A DNA stretch of 64,000 bases from contig NC_135763.1 of assembly GCF_052425735.1 (NCBI RefSeq), positions 35,278,001-35,342,000 of the forward strand, written 5' to 3'. The DNA comes from Oculina patagonica. Lineage: Eukaryota. Of the stretch, positions 1 to 12,950 are shown piece by piece (the stretch's first letter is position 1; every line of letters starts with the position of its first letter). The notes under the pieces were generated by a model that saw only the letters and a program-made list of their open reading frames with translations, made no database searches and was not told the DNA's origin. The position numbers were made by a program, and so were the translations under genes.

Positions 1-69
1 TACAAATCGGAATGTTTAACTGCCCGAGTTAAGCAGCTGCATCAGGGAATTTTGTACGAGTTATTAGCC

Positions 70-927
70 ATGGAAGAAAAAAAGGACCAACAGTTGACCA
101 AAAAGGTACGCTTCGATTTGAACGAGGAGGTTTTTCTTATTCCAAGCAAGTGGGATCGACTAAGCAAATGCAAGACTACCAATGCAAGAATCATAGACGC
201 GATGGCGGGCAAACACAAAACTCGCACCGCCTTGGATCGCCGAATTGATGTCAAGGGTAAACAGAACAGAAACAGAAAAACACAAAACTTATCTACGTAC
301 GGCAAGCGCGATTCAAATCCTGAACTTAATGGAAAGCTTTCTGACAACGGCAGGCCGAATTCCACGCCCAATGTAAAGACTAACAGCGCCAGGAAGACTG
401 CACGGTATAAAGAAGGCAACGAAAATACAAACAGCGGGAATTCTACACTTCCCGTCGAAGGAAGGCTAAAGTTTTATCACCGCCCTCCGCAAGAGTTGCC
501 GAAACTAGATCTTGTTTTGCCTAAGATTCCGTACACACCTGATCTTAAAAAGGCAATCGAGAAAGCGCTTCAAAGATCTCGAAGCAGACCTACTTTGGAG
601 AGTGGATTGAACAATACAACTTTGGCTACACAAAAAAATAATTCAGAACTTTCAACTCCACTTCCAAAGGAAAAATGTGAGGGGCTTTTTCAAAGAAGGC
701 TTTCGGACAGTTCTATCAGAATAGGAGATGAAAAACCGATAGAAAAGAAAGAAAACCAAGTCATGCCCAGCGAAGCTAAATTTAGCGAACTTTCTTCTAA
801 TCTTGATGGTTGGAGTCCGTTCTCGGCGTGGAGTTCAAAAGATAGCACCTTGCGATCAAATTCGACAGCGCCTATTACACGAGGGAGATCTATGTCTTCT
901 CTTATACCAAGTAGCATTCTATATTAA
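70..927 (+). CDS. Cluster gene 1: disordered basic protein with N-terminal PP1-docking RVxF motif (KKVRFDLNEEVFLIP)
   Basis: Long ORF (track 52..927); first ATG at 70 in GCCATGG context. Low-complexity S/T/N/K/R composition; KKVRF at 100-114; LPKL and LPKI motifs; RRLS site. Confidence 0.75.
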   Translation: MEEKKDQQLTKKVRFDLNEEVFLIPSKWDRLSKCKTTNARIIDAMAGKHKTRTALDRRIDVKGKQNRNRKTQNLSTYGKRDSNPELNGKLSDNGRPNSTPNVKTNSARKTARYKEGNENTNSGNSTLPVEGRLKFYHRPPQELPKLDLVLPKIPYTPDLKKAIEKALQRSRSRPTLESGLNNTTLATQKNNSELSTPLPKEKCEGLFQRRLSDSSIRIGDEKPIEKKENQVMPSEAKFSELSSNLDGWSPFSAWSSKDSTLRSNSTAPITRGRSMSSLIPSSILY

Positions 928-1375
928 TGTTGTTTTAACCAGTAAGGTAAAATAACATTGCGTGTTTCGAACATTTGTACATATTATGGTGAAACAGCTA
1001 TTGTCCCCTTTGTTTTCTAAGCTGGGACATGTACCCTCACGGAAATTGATGTATTTGCTGTACAAACGTCTATTTCAAAATCATTTTGATGTAAAAATAG
1101 AAATCAAAGTTATGTTGTTGATAATTGTCTATAGAAAAAAGTTAACACTGTGTAGAGATTGAGCGCTAACGTTGGCGAAGTTTGAGAAGCCAGCTTGCTT
1201 TGTTTGGAAAACAAAAGATGAACTTGGACATAGTCTGATAGTAGTTTAGTTGCTTAAAACATCAGAAGAAAAGAATTATCTTATCACATGTATATTTGAA
1301 ATCAAATTATCAACATCACCTTAACATCAACACCACCAACACAGCTAGGTTTATCATTGTCATGTTGTTATTGTT

Positions 1376-1422
<47 letters not shown>
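1376..1422. repeat. (ATC)n microsatellite
   Basis: About 15 perfect ATC units. Confidence 0.95.
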
Positions 1423-1797
1423 GGCATTTCTAAACTGCCAAAAAAAGTTCTTGATAAACACGAGATGTAAGAGGAAAAGTTATAATTTAGTGTTAGCTTG
1501 GATGTAAAATGAATTGTTTTAAAGAAAATTTATTTTGAAATTTTATACATTATTAATGTAAAATAATTTGTTTTGATCTTCAGTCATATCTTGGGTCTCA
1601 GAAAGGAAGAAATTTATTGTAAATGATCTCGCAGAATTCCTTAAGTGTAAAATGAACCAATCTACAAATAAACAAAGAAAAACTAGTTATAATAAGTCAC
1701 TTTATACCAATTAGCTTCTGTTGTGCCAAGCCGTTCAGCCTGGATTCAAAGAATTGTCTGAGCCCTTAGTTTTATCAGGAACGTGCTCAGCAGCGCC

Positions 1798-1810
1798 GTT
1801 ACTTGGCAAC
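1798..1810. promoter_or_regulatory. RFX X-box-like site GTTACTTGGCAAC
   Basis: Matches the GTNRCN(0-3)RGYAAC-type X-box consensus; function untested. Confidence 0.3.
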
Positions 1811-2061
1811 GATAAGGAACTTCATGTTGAATGTCACGGCATGACGTGTTATCATGAATTGTTGTTTTGGATGGTACATGCTTGCGTGAGAAGTTTCGTC
1901 GTGCTCACGCGAGTTTGCCCTTTTAAAGTCCAATGCATTTACTAGGGTTAGGTTTCTTGAACCACTCGCTTGTTGTGATTGCTTATTAAACCATTTCTTC
2001 TCCTCTCTCTCCACGTACCCCTGCCATCGGTCCAAATACTAGAATAATAATGTGTCAAAAC

Positions 2062-2575
2062 TAAGCCTATCCCGATTGTGCTCGGCAACGTTTGAGCAAC
2101 TTTTTCCAATTTCGAGCAACGTTTTGCAATTTTAAGACCGAAGATTTTCGAAAGCTGTCCGAATGTTGTTCGAAGGACAAATGACATTTTTAAGCATGAA
2201 TCATCGAACTTTTCCAAAGATTAACGAAATTTGCCGAAGATTTCCGAGAAAGCTCAGAAGATGCTTCAAGTTTCGTCTCATTCAGCATGAAAAACTCGTC
2301 AGGAAACATGACGTCATCGGTATCTGCACGATTGTTCGTCAAATTTTGGTCTTAAAATGTTATTTAGATATTTCTGCTGCAGTTAAATTGCATGAAAATG
2401 CTTAGAAATCTTACCTTTAAAGGGAAATTAGCAAATAATTGAGAAATGTTTCTTATTTGAAATCAACACTTTGGATTTTTTTTGAGCAACTTTCGGAGAA
2501 CTTTATTTTAGCAACTTTTTGGCATTCCACTGAGCAACTTTCCAGCATTTCACGAGCACATTCGGGACAGGCCTT
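2062..2575. mobile_element. Non-autonomous hAT-type DNA transposon (MITE)
   Basis: Imperfect TIRs TAAGCCTATCCCGATTGTGCTC / GAGCACATTCGGGACAGGCCTT. Exact 8-bp flanking duplication GTCAAAAC (2054-2061 and 2576-2583). Repeated subterminal GAGCAACTTT motifs. Confidence 0.85.
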
Positions 2576-4464
2576 GTCAAAACTTTTCCCTAAGGGTTTT
2601 AGGGAGCCAGAGAAACATTGTGCATTATTTTCGGACAACAGAAGATTACAAGGGTTGACTTTATAACATCGATAAACTGCTGATTGCGGCGGGAATTAAG
2701 AGCGCAACACGTGCGAATATCTAGATCGTACGTGACAGCTCAGTTTTGCTTCAGTCTCGTCGTGTTCTTGTGGTACGCGCAAGGGGGCATGGGTTCTAGA
2801 CGTCTGTACGCCTTCTAGAATGAGTTGCAAGGCGTCTGTTGTGTAATTAGTGTACTCGATATTGGTGGATTAGCGGCTAATCTACATAACATTAACCTCG
2901 CAATCTACTCCATTTAGCTCTATTAATCAACATTTATCCGTTAAGTCTTCGTCAAAATATGTCCTTCTTTTTAATTTCCAGACAAAAATTTCCACTGAGG
3001 TGCGCGGAAACTTTGTGGGATTATGTCACGAAAGGAGAACGCAAATCTTGTAATTGTTGTGAACGTGTTTGGTGCTAAGTATGTTTTGATTTCAACAAAT
3101 TAAGGCTTGAAGTTATTAGTTAGCTAATTATAAAGGACGTTTGGGTATCTGTTGAATTATAAGTATGTCTTCGTTTCGCGAATATCGCCGCTAAAAAATG
3201 TTATCCCAGCGAGGTACTCCAAGTCATGATTTCAAGGTTACGGTCAGCAATGGACTGTTTTTGTTAAGGAAGTTTTGTTTCTAATGGTCAACAAAAGTTT
3301 TGCATTGTTTCTTTACGTGATAATTGCCAAGATACTAAAAGTTAAGCTTTGTTTTCAAAAAGAAAAGCTATAATTAATTGCGTATAAATTAGTTAATGCT
3401 AATTGTGAATGAGCTCAAACCTTAGACACTCAATACAAAGTTTCTTGGCTTTCGAATTTTTTGTTTTGTGGATGTTTCATTATACATGAAAAAACTCGAA
3501 GGAACTTTCAAGACTACAACGATATTTCACATAATCAAGTCAGAAACGACATCGGCTGCTAAAATAAGAAGGTCAAGGTACACTCTCGTAAGGCGAACAT
3601 CACTTGCGCATTTTATGATGTAATTGCGTCAGTCCAACCCACCACTTATCGTTTTTAACAAGCGAGAAACTCTTGAAATTGCGTGCTGTACACCTTACCT
3701 CTCCTCAAGGGAGCCCGTATTGACTGAGAGATAAATTGTGGTATTGACTTCAGCGTGATCTGTCAGAACATTATGCAACCTGGCGAGAGACAAAACAGTT
3801 GACACGTCTCTCAAATCATTTTTGCGTCTCTTGTTGCTAAGTAGTTGCGCAAGTTAACTCGTTAACAGCAAATTAATGGCAATTACACGATCAACCTTGG
3901 CAAGGAATCACGTATTATGGAGAGACAGAAGATACCAAAGCAAGAGTTAGCGATACTAGCAATTCTTTCGACGATGGGCTGGCCAAAGGCCACATGAAGG
4001 TAGTCAATACCACCAACCTTACGGCTCAGACAAAAGTTAAACAGTACATTATTATTTCCACAATAACTTCAGGTGGACAACAGTTCGTCTCAATTCATCA
4101 AGGAAACGAATCCATTCTTCTCCTAATCCAAGATTCTTTCGACGGTGTGTCCTTGAATTGTGAAGAAGCTTGGATTCCAGTCTTATAGCTTACGAAACTT
4201 GCAAGAATTCAGTGAGTTACACTGATTTCCAGGAATCAACGGGTCGTGTATGCTGGTGTATGTTATAAAGTTTATCTCCGTAGTTTCTCGAACATCGCAA
4301 GCTTTGTCGTTTACAGCTTACAAACTGGAAATCGCGAATAATGTTTTACAGCTTCAGCGATGTGGATTAAGTGAATAACAGCTGAGAAAAGTTGTGCTGC
4401 TATATACCGAGTTTATAAGGTAACTGTTTGTTTTCTTAAGTACACTTTGACATTATCAAGAGTC

Positions 4465-5715
4465 ATGGCAGATCTCAAAGAAGACGAATACGACTTATGC
4501 CATTCGAATGACAATTCGACAGACAGCAGTCAGTCATCATTACAAACAGTTCTTGTTACATTTCGTATCGACAAGCCCTCAGCTAAACACATCAAGCGAG
4601 TCAGATTCAACAGCTTGGTTGAAGTGAAATTTATTCCCAGACGCAAGAAAGAAAAGAAGAGAAAGAGCAGGCTTGAGGATGAGGACAAGGAAGATAAATC
4701 ATGTGCGGACAATGCCACAGAGAAAACGAATCACAAAGACAACCCTACTGACAGTAATGGAAAAGAAACAGATATTAAGGGTGAAGTGAGCGTTTGCGAG
4801 CAATGGGTTGCTAAGGCAACTGACAAAGTCCCTGTAACTGGACAAGAGGGTTCGTGCCCTGACAAGGATCCTCAGAAATTCGAAGCAGAGGTAGAGAACG
4901 TATTGGACAAACCGTCTTCGAATCCAGCTTTGAAGGCCGAAACCAACGGGACGGCGACAAGTTTGATACAAGAGCCCACAAATGAAGCTAGTGACCCAGC
5001 TAAAGTGTTCGCTGGTGTTCTCAAATCGCGAAGGACAGTTCGTGAGAGTTACACAACAAATAAAATAACGCTTGGAGAAGACTACATCGGGAATGCGATG
5101 CGACTGACTCCAGCGACATTTTCAATCACGCCAGCGATCCAATTTAATGAATTCCCGGCTCGAAATGCAAAGAGACAGAGCGTACATGAGTTTGGAACCA
5201 AGGCAGTCTGGCGCTTAGAGAAACAAGCTGTCAAATTTTGTCAGGAAGCTGAAGCGCTGATTACGCAAGTCACAGAAAAGAACGCCTATATTCAAGCGAA
5301 ATTAAAACAACATACAGAAACAGTTCTTCTTGCCGGAAATCAGAGACACACTTTTCTCAAGGAGTATGCACAAAGCTCCAGAAAACCGTCGGTTATACCA
5401 GGTATTCCCTCCCTCGGAAAACCTGTTAATCAAGATGTATTTGGTACTAAACCAGTTACGAGGTTTCCGTATATTAACCACAAGAAACAGCAAAGTATCG
5501 TGGGATTGAGCCCGAGGTCATCACCCTCTGAACTTTCCCTACCCCAGCTCTTGTTGCATGACGGGAATGGAGCGCGCAGTCCGCCTGCAACGACTTATGG
5601 GAGAGGGGGATTTACTGACAACAAGCTCGAGCAAGTGAGACCAGAAGAGGGTGCGAATGGGAAACTTTTCTTACATTACTCTTATGGAGCAGCAAAGAAG
5701 TTAGGATTAAGATAA
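4465..5715 (+). CDS. Cluster gene 2: disordered protein with RVxF-phi-phi-R motif (KRVRFNSLVEVKFIPRR)
   Basis: 422-codon ORF, first ATG at 4465. Motif at 4594-4644, followed by a basic NLS-like stretch; FPYI and LPQL motifs; AATAAA at 6197. Confidence 0.8.
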   Translation: MADLKEDEYDLCHSNDNSTDSSQSSLQTVLVTFRIDKPSAKHIKRVRFNSLVEVKFIPRRKKEKKRKSRLEDEDKEDKSCADNATEKTNHKDNPTDSNGKETDIKGEVSVCEQWVAKATDKVPVTGQEGSCPDKDPQKFEAEVENVLDKPSSNPALKAETNGTATSLIQEPTNEASDPAKVFAGVLKSRRTVRESYTTNKITLGEDYIGNAMRLTPATFSITPAIQFNEFPARNAKRQSVHEFGTKAVWRLEKQAVKFCQEAEALITQVTEKNAYIQAKLKQHTETVLLAGNQRHTFLKEYAQSSRKPSVIPGIPSLGKPVNQDVFGTKPVTRFPYINHKKQQSIVGLSPRSSPSELSLPQLLLHDGNGARSPPATTYGRGGFTDNKLEQVRPEEGANGKLFLHYSYGAAKKLGLR

Positions 5716-6089
5716 TTGGAAAACGGCTGTGGATTCAGTTTGTTTGCGGGTAGACTTCGAACATAACAAAGATAAATGTTGTGAGTAGCATCAATTGGCA
5801 AGGCCATGTTGCTTAAAAAGTGTGGCATCACATTTTACGAAATTATGCGAGTTTATAGACTCAACAGCAACTGTAACACGGACAAGAAAGACAACAATTT
5901 AAATGAGCCGTGGTTTTCAAAACAAGAAGTCCAGTTTTAATTCTCAGGAAAATAGTAAAGCAGTAGAGTTTCATCTGTGAGTACCCCAAATGCAAAGTTT
6001 TCACCTTAGAGTCGCTCCGTTTGTTGCTTAGCGACTTCCTTTATGTATCATCGCGGGTTCAGTCGAATTCCGACCGCATTGAAGTGTCA

Positions 6090-6103
6090 GTTGCCCCGGT
6101 AAC
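6090..6103. promoter_or_regulatory. RFX X-box-like palindrome GTTGCCCCGGTAAC
   Basis: Near-perfect X-box consensus, lying 3' of gene 2. Confidence 0.3.
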
Positions 6104-6472
6104 CAAAAGGAGATTAGTCTATTTTATGTTGTAGCAGAAACATTGATTTAATTAAGACTGAAAAATTAGTTATGTGTAGGGTTAAAAAGTGTGTACAATA
6201 AATTAAAGATGTTTATATAAACCTTTAAATTTCGTTCCAAGTCTATTTCTGTGTAACATTGAAATTGAATTTTGACCAGATCTACAAATCTACTATCCAC
6301 TTCACACAAAATCATAGATCTTCACGCAGGCAGGAGACTGCTGCTAGGTAGGTGATATTGTCTCGATGCAAGGCCAATATTTCAAATTACTCAAATGAAA
6401 TGTATGGCAACGAGTAACAAGAATATCATTTCAAGTTTGGAAGATCTACGGCTAAAAAACAAGGAAAACACC

Positions 6473-6474
<2 letters not shown>

Positions 6475-6504
<30 letters not shown>
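6475..6504. repeat. Poly-G tract
   Basis: About 30 consecutive G. Confidence 0.9.
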
Positions 6505-6505
<1 letters not shown>

Positions 6506-9500
6506 TAGATAAACACGATAGAGACAACTCAGTATCGTTATTGAGTATAACCACAAGTTCAAGTGTCGATATTGTCCAACTGGCCGATTGCTTACTGTTT
6601 TTCACCAATTTGAGTAATATCTTTGAGTGGGCATGAAATGACGGCACAACATCTTTCCCTCAGACAGTTACGATTTTTTAAGAGACATTGCTATAGTTCG
6701 ACCAGCCTCGAGCGCGCGCTTTTCTTCAATATATTTATAATATATTCACAGTGGTGACAATTAACAGCCAATCAGAGAAGAGGATTTTCTTTTCCGTGGG
6801 AATAGGATTTGGCTAACATTCTAATCAGGTTAGGTTCTTATGGTTAAAATACCGCATTGTGTTTTAGTATTAAGGAGTGTTATAGAGAGTTCACGTGCGA
6901 ATCTTTCACCGCATTAATATGTGCTCATGTACTTTTACCGAACAATCTTCACCCTAGGAGTGTCCATATTTTAAGCCACTCTTTTCAACGGTGCATGCAT
7001 GTCAGGATTGGTGGTCCGCTAGAGTAATATCTTGTCCACTTAATGTGTATGTGTGGGAAAATATTTGCCGAATTTTAAAAGCTTCTCTTGTCGGTGTAAC
7101 TCACCCCGCCAAACATCGACCTCCTAGTAGTACACCTTTGTCGGCCGCTTTGATAAATATCGGGCCCCTACTACTGAGTGTAAAATCAGTCTAGATACTT
7201 ATCACGTTTAGCTGTGTACAAAGCCTCGAAAACAAGATCAAAGATTTATTTTTTAAACTTGGCACTTCTTAGCTCTTTACAGCCGATTAGGGGTTTCCAT
7301 GTTTTCGCCAGTTGGCGAAAGTACAAACCGAACCCGCCTTAATTCGTATATTCGCTTACATTTTGCCGCCGAAGTAGGCAAGCTAGGCTCGATTTCCAGC
7401 CGCTTTTGCGGGAAAATAAGCCCGCGATCATAGCGGACTCGAGAAGACGAGACTGTTGACAGGCCTCGAAAGAACTCGATCAGAAAAGGTGACCGTGCGC
7501 AAACATTCCATGACCTGTTCTTACTGGCTGTTGTCACCAGTGGCCGAGAGGAAAGAAGTAGCAGCCTGTGATCGTTGTAGGTTAGTTTACACATCTCTTA
7601 AAACATTGCCCCTGTACTTTTCCTACGACCCTGTTCAAAAGGACTTGGGACACCCATTGAAACTGGGCGCAAAAACACACTTCGCTAAATATAATCCTAG
7701 CCTAGTTCTGAAAGTTAGCTTAGGAATGTTGTTATAATAGGCTATTTTTTTTATAAGTTACCCCCTTTTCCCAAGCAATGTTGATTGCGATGAAAGCGAT
7801 TTGGATGTCTAATACCAACATTGCACCGGTAGGGGGAAAGGGTAAGGGGAGAGGAGGCTGATGCGTCATTTTGACGAGCTATTGCATATTAGTGTCCCAA
7901 GAGTATCAACCAGGGGGTAGCCTGGTTATGCAGGGACAGTTGCAGATGCTTCTTTTTTTCCCTTGGGGTCTCTCCCTTTCATCTCAGCCCCTGATACTCC
8001 TGCTAGGGGGTATGCAAATTCTCCTTCGCTGTCTGTGCTCACCACAGGCTTGTCAGTGTAATCGCGTGATATTTTTAAGACCCTGGGCTCGTTCAGGCTA
8101 AGTGCTAATAATTTTGCAAATGCTTAGTTTAGTTTCCGTTATAATAGTAATCGATAACTTAAAACACCCTCAAGAATAAATTTGCTCAGACTTGTCGTTG
8201 CCGGTCATTTGCAACTCTCAAACTTCTGTTTTATTGCCCAGTTAAGGGCCACTCTTCGCAAGTTCCCCGTCAACTATAATGGCATTTTATTTTTAAGTGA
8301 GACACTAACATTCAACATCGAAATTTGTTGCGAGACAAGTTGAGCGCGCGGTAGTATTACGGGCAACACTCGTTCACTTGCGATTCAACAATTTGCGAAA
8401 CAAGTTGAACAAATTTTGCTCGTATACCGGGCCTATTAATCACCAGAGATGTTGAATTTGAAACAGTGTATTTTTTTAAAGTAATATTGGTTGACGCGTT
8501 AGTAAAATAAGCAAGCCCAGAGCATAACAAATGGCTAATTTATTTATAGCATGCAAGATTGATATAAATTTTCCTGTATTAATTTGATCATGGTTTGTAT
8601 AAAGGCTTTCATAGACTACACTACAGGTAATGACACGATTGGAAAATGAACGATCAGGGAAACTGGTGATTAGCACCCTGTTCACCGTCCGATTTCACGC
8701 CCCCCCCCCCCCCCTTCTCTTTCTTTTTGGAAAGCCGGCCTGAGATTAACTCGTGAGATTTAACATGCCGTCTGGCCGAATTTTGCGTGTCGTGCCTGAG
8801 TTCGCGTGATGTATCAAATTGTTTAGCTTATAGTCAATTGCGCTCAGTAAATAAATGTCCATTAGAAGCCATGAATCTTTCATAACAGTTTTACAATATA
8901 TTGATGTCGCTCACGCACGCTTACATTCCCGCTTCGCCATTTGCGCATGCCCCAACAAAACTAACGGAGATTTGAAGCTCCATATTGAGGTATTCAAGTA
9001 GTAATTTCCTAAGCATGAAGTTGATACAAAAGTAATGTTTTTAGTTTGAGTCAGTGCAAGTTTCACCTCACAATCATCTGCAGTACAAGTGCTATATTTT
9101 TGGACGTCGTTATGAGCACGGTTTATCGTTCAATATATACTCATAGCTCAAAATAGCCCGTGACAACTGCAACTGAGAATTTCAAAAATGCACCTGACTG
9201 GTTTACGTCTTTTAAAGGGCAATGTTTTAAATTTAACTGCTCAGTTTTGGAACTCGCTCTCGCATAAAATTTCCAAAACATAGCAGCACATGATTTAAGT
9301 ATAAATAAAAGCAGTTGTTTTGACGCAATTTGAGGCAAAGCGACAGGTGCGATGCACCCCAAGGCCACAATTTACGTTTATAAATAGTTGAACTTCTCTT
9401 TCGTCCAATATCGCCAAAAAATTTCAATTCATGTCGCGTGCCAGCGATATTGTACCCTGAGAGGCAGTCCAAACGATGAATGAATTTGACAAGTTACCGA

Positions 9501-11119
9501 TATAACATGCACTTGTGCATGGTTGTCGTTCACTTTTACGTACTATAACTTTGTATATATGTTGCTTTCGCGGAGAGACACGCTGTGTACTTGAATTTGT
9601 ATACGTACCTGCTGAAATTTTGACACAAATTCTGCGTACAACTAAGTAAGTATTCAAATTGTTTAGGCCGTCCCTTTTTTTCTCTGTTTGCCGTCGTCCG
9701 ACCGACCCAAATTTTGGAGTTTTCCAAAAAACAAGTTGTGATATTATTTTGTCGATCCAACCGACCGACCCAAAATTAGGGAACGCATGTGCTTTCGACG
9801 GTAAACGGAGAAGAAAAGGAGAAGACATTATCAGTTTTATGCTAAGGATGACCCTCTGCGATCAGGCCCTCTTTCCTCTTGCAAAAACATACCGACTTCT
9901 TCCACGCCTTCTCGCCGCAGCAGGTTTATTCAGTTCGGAGAATAACAAACAGATTAGACCTTTACTGAGCAAAATACAATTCAGCAAGGAACGAAGAGAT
10001 CTAATCAGTTACTTTTCAATTTTTCGGTTTCTTATTTATATAGAGGTCTAATATTGTTGGTCAACATTTCTCAACATTGAAAAAAATTTAAAATTGTAGA
10101 TCCAGTACAATATTTTTTTTCGATATTTTGGTCGCTCAATCTTGGTGATCTAGTTCGGGTGCCAATTGATGTTTTAAGTCACAGCAGGAATTTTTTTTAA
10201 CTTAAGCTCACGTAAACTTCGGCGCGCCTATTCTAGGGATCCGGGAACACGATTCCCACGCCGCCTAGAGATTAACCTTTTGTCGCTCTCTTGGCCGACC
10301 AGTTTTGCGACACGCGCTGAGCTTGTGAAAAAAGAAACACTTGTTTTTTTTTACGAAAACAACACTCGAGAGTTGCGCTTTTTTCTTGCATTACCTCTGC
10401 TACAAGAAACCTGTTTTTTTTTCCATTGTTGCAGCACATTTTCTTTTACATAAGGCACGTGCGCCGGCAAGCGATAGTCGCTTCTGTGTTTGACACGTGT
10501 GTCTATAACCTGTTATCGCAGACATCGGATTTCCTTGTTGTTCTAGAACAATTACTCCTTAGATGCACTAAATACGCTCAATAAACGTGCGTGGTTCGGC
10601 GATTGTGCGTTCTAATTGTTACACGTGTGTGGAGGAGACTGATTATTTGTTCTCATGAGAACAACACGACTTCTTAGTAAGATGTCGCTCCAAACAAATA
10701 CCTGTTAAATGATCAAATCGATGAACTGAAAGGGGTTCTTTTGCGACATAGCTGCCCTTCTACTACTGAGAGAGATTTTTGTACGAAAACGATCCCTGTT
10801 TTCGACGATCCTTGTTTTTAAAAAAAGATCAACAGTTTTGGTTACGTTCATCCAGTTAAGTAGTTTTAGCCAAGCCAATCGTAGAGATACCAGGATCAAT
10901 CGTTTAAACATTACAAGGCGCGGAGACCACCTTGTTTTTCAAGGTACGTACCAAAACTGCTATTGTGATTCAACCGAAAAGAGCTAATTACTTTCCTGAA
11001 ACGAAACTTATGCGGCTGTTTCTGAACAGCTGAAAGTTTAATTTACTTTTGAAGGCACAGTTGTGCCTTTCAAGTGTTTTACTGATGAGCAGACACGAAA
11101 ATTTCCTTTCTTCGTGTAG

Positions 11120-11131
11120 AGAACTGTTCAG
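11120..11131 (+). other. Putative 12-nt non-coding microexon (5' UTR of the ankyrin gene)
   Basis: Branch-like TTACTGAT, then pyrimidine tract TTTCCTTTCTTCGTGTAG|AGAACTGTTCAG|GTAAGT. An upstream donor AAG|GTACGT lies at 10944. Confidence 0.4.
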
Positions 11132-12420
11132 GTAAGTGTGTCGCCGAAAAACAAAAAACAAAGAACTTAAACACAAGCGGGGACCAGACAATTCCACACC
11201 CGCTTCCTACACTCTTTTGATCTTTGCGCAGCCGGTCACTCTGATCCAAGTCGGAGAAGGAAAACGCTAGGGAGGAAATATTATTAACGTCTGCACGCAC
11301 TGAGTAAAAAGGTGATGACTTAATTTGGCTGGAAAAGAGTCGACCTTTTTACCGACTACCGGAGGGATAGTTTTGAGGTTGATTTAAAACGGGGTAGAAA
11401 TCACGGACGCCTAGAGTTTGCTTTCAACCTAGCCTTAAAAAGCAAAACAAAGAAAACACAGGCGTCTCTTTCTCCTCCTTTCCCGAACAGGAAGTAGTTA
11501 AGATATCAACGGCTTCCTTTCATTCCCAAAATGACTTCCTTCAGTCTCCGCGCTCCTTCTACAACGCGTCATTTCCGGTTTGCTGTAAGTAGATTTGCAT
11601 AAGTGCATAATGGCAAATTAGGTTAAGACAAATACTGTTTAGTTCTTGTTTGAACCGATTGCGGTCACCAGAAATATTGTTTGAGAATTAAATGTGAAAG
11701 GTGAAACAATATTTGAACAACCGTTCAGAGCTTTTAGCACTTTCAAACTGTTGTTATGAGTTGTCAACCAGTTTTTCATTTTTAGACTTTTTGTTTTTTC
11801 ATCTCGGATGGGCGGAAGAATACAATACTTTGATTTATTATTATTTATTTTCTGAAAAGAACGCCCGTAGATGGTTGATTTTCAACATGCATCTTATTAG
11901 CAAGCTGTTTCTCTAGAAATGGCAGCAATCCAATCCACTCACAATGAAATTGAAAATTATGTAAACTCGAACATTTTAAGCTATAATTAGTTTTACCAAA
12001 ATTGCTCTTCGGATAGCTGTAAAAAGGGTATGAAACAAGCTAAAGCTCTTTCGGTTTGACCCAATGATGAAACAAAAGGGAAAAAAATAATAAAAATAAA
12101 CTGCGGTTACTGCGCCGTGCGAGCGCTCAACAATTCAGGAATTGTAATAACATTACAAATAGCCCTTGACGTCCTTGACGTAGTTTTACGGAAAAAAAAA
12201 TAAATAAAAGAAAAAAAAAATTACAAGCAGTGTTTTTGTCTGTTGCGCAAGTGTTCTGGATTCCCAGGAGAATTTTTTTTAAAACAAAATCGCTCGAAAA
12301 GTTGTTATGTTGTTATGATCCTTTTAGGCTTGTCCGAGGTGTTGATGAAAACTCGCCACCCGCCGTTTTCAAGTAAGGACAATATAGCATTACACAAACA
12401 AACGCGGGGTATTTAAGCTT

Positions 12421-12877
12421 GACCAATCACAGAGCGAATTACTACGTGGCCTTTTGGATGCATCTCGACCGCACAATGTATTCCGGCCACTGCATGTAAA
12501 TTTAAATCACTCCTGTGGGTTTTAGCGATCTGCTTCAGTAATTGTCGTGGAAAAGGTCGCAGTTGAATACATCAATATAATAGGACGCCTCCCGTCAAAA
12601 GTTGTAGGAAATCCGAGACAAATTAGCCAATTTTACGATTGTATTTCTCGTCGTCAGGTAAGCCGGTTACGTTATGTTTCGCCATCGTAAACTTTTTGTC
12701 CTTCTAGAATTCGGTGTCCAGCGCTAATTGCTTCTTTTTTCCGGAGTTTTATAAACCCCTTTGTTCTATTTTGAAAGGAATACAAACCGAGGCATGTTAC
12801 GAAATAATTCAGGTTTAGAAAGTTAAATTATCTCATGGCTAATCGATGCATCGTCAATATCTTCTCTCTTTCAACAG
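12421..12877 (+). promoter_or_regulatory. Putative proximal promoter, non-coding exon and 5' UTR intron (12658-12877) of the ankyrin gene
   Basis: CCAAT box (GACCAATCAC, 12421), TACGTGGC element, TATA-like AATATAA near 12574. Donor CAG|GTAAGC at 12658; acceptor CTTCTCTCTTTCAACAG at 12877. Confidence 0.5.
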
Positions 12878-12950
12878 GATCGCGGCTTGAATGAATGGTT
12901 GAACACCTTAATGAACACTCGTGGAAAGCTTTAATGCTTTCTTCTTCACT

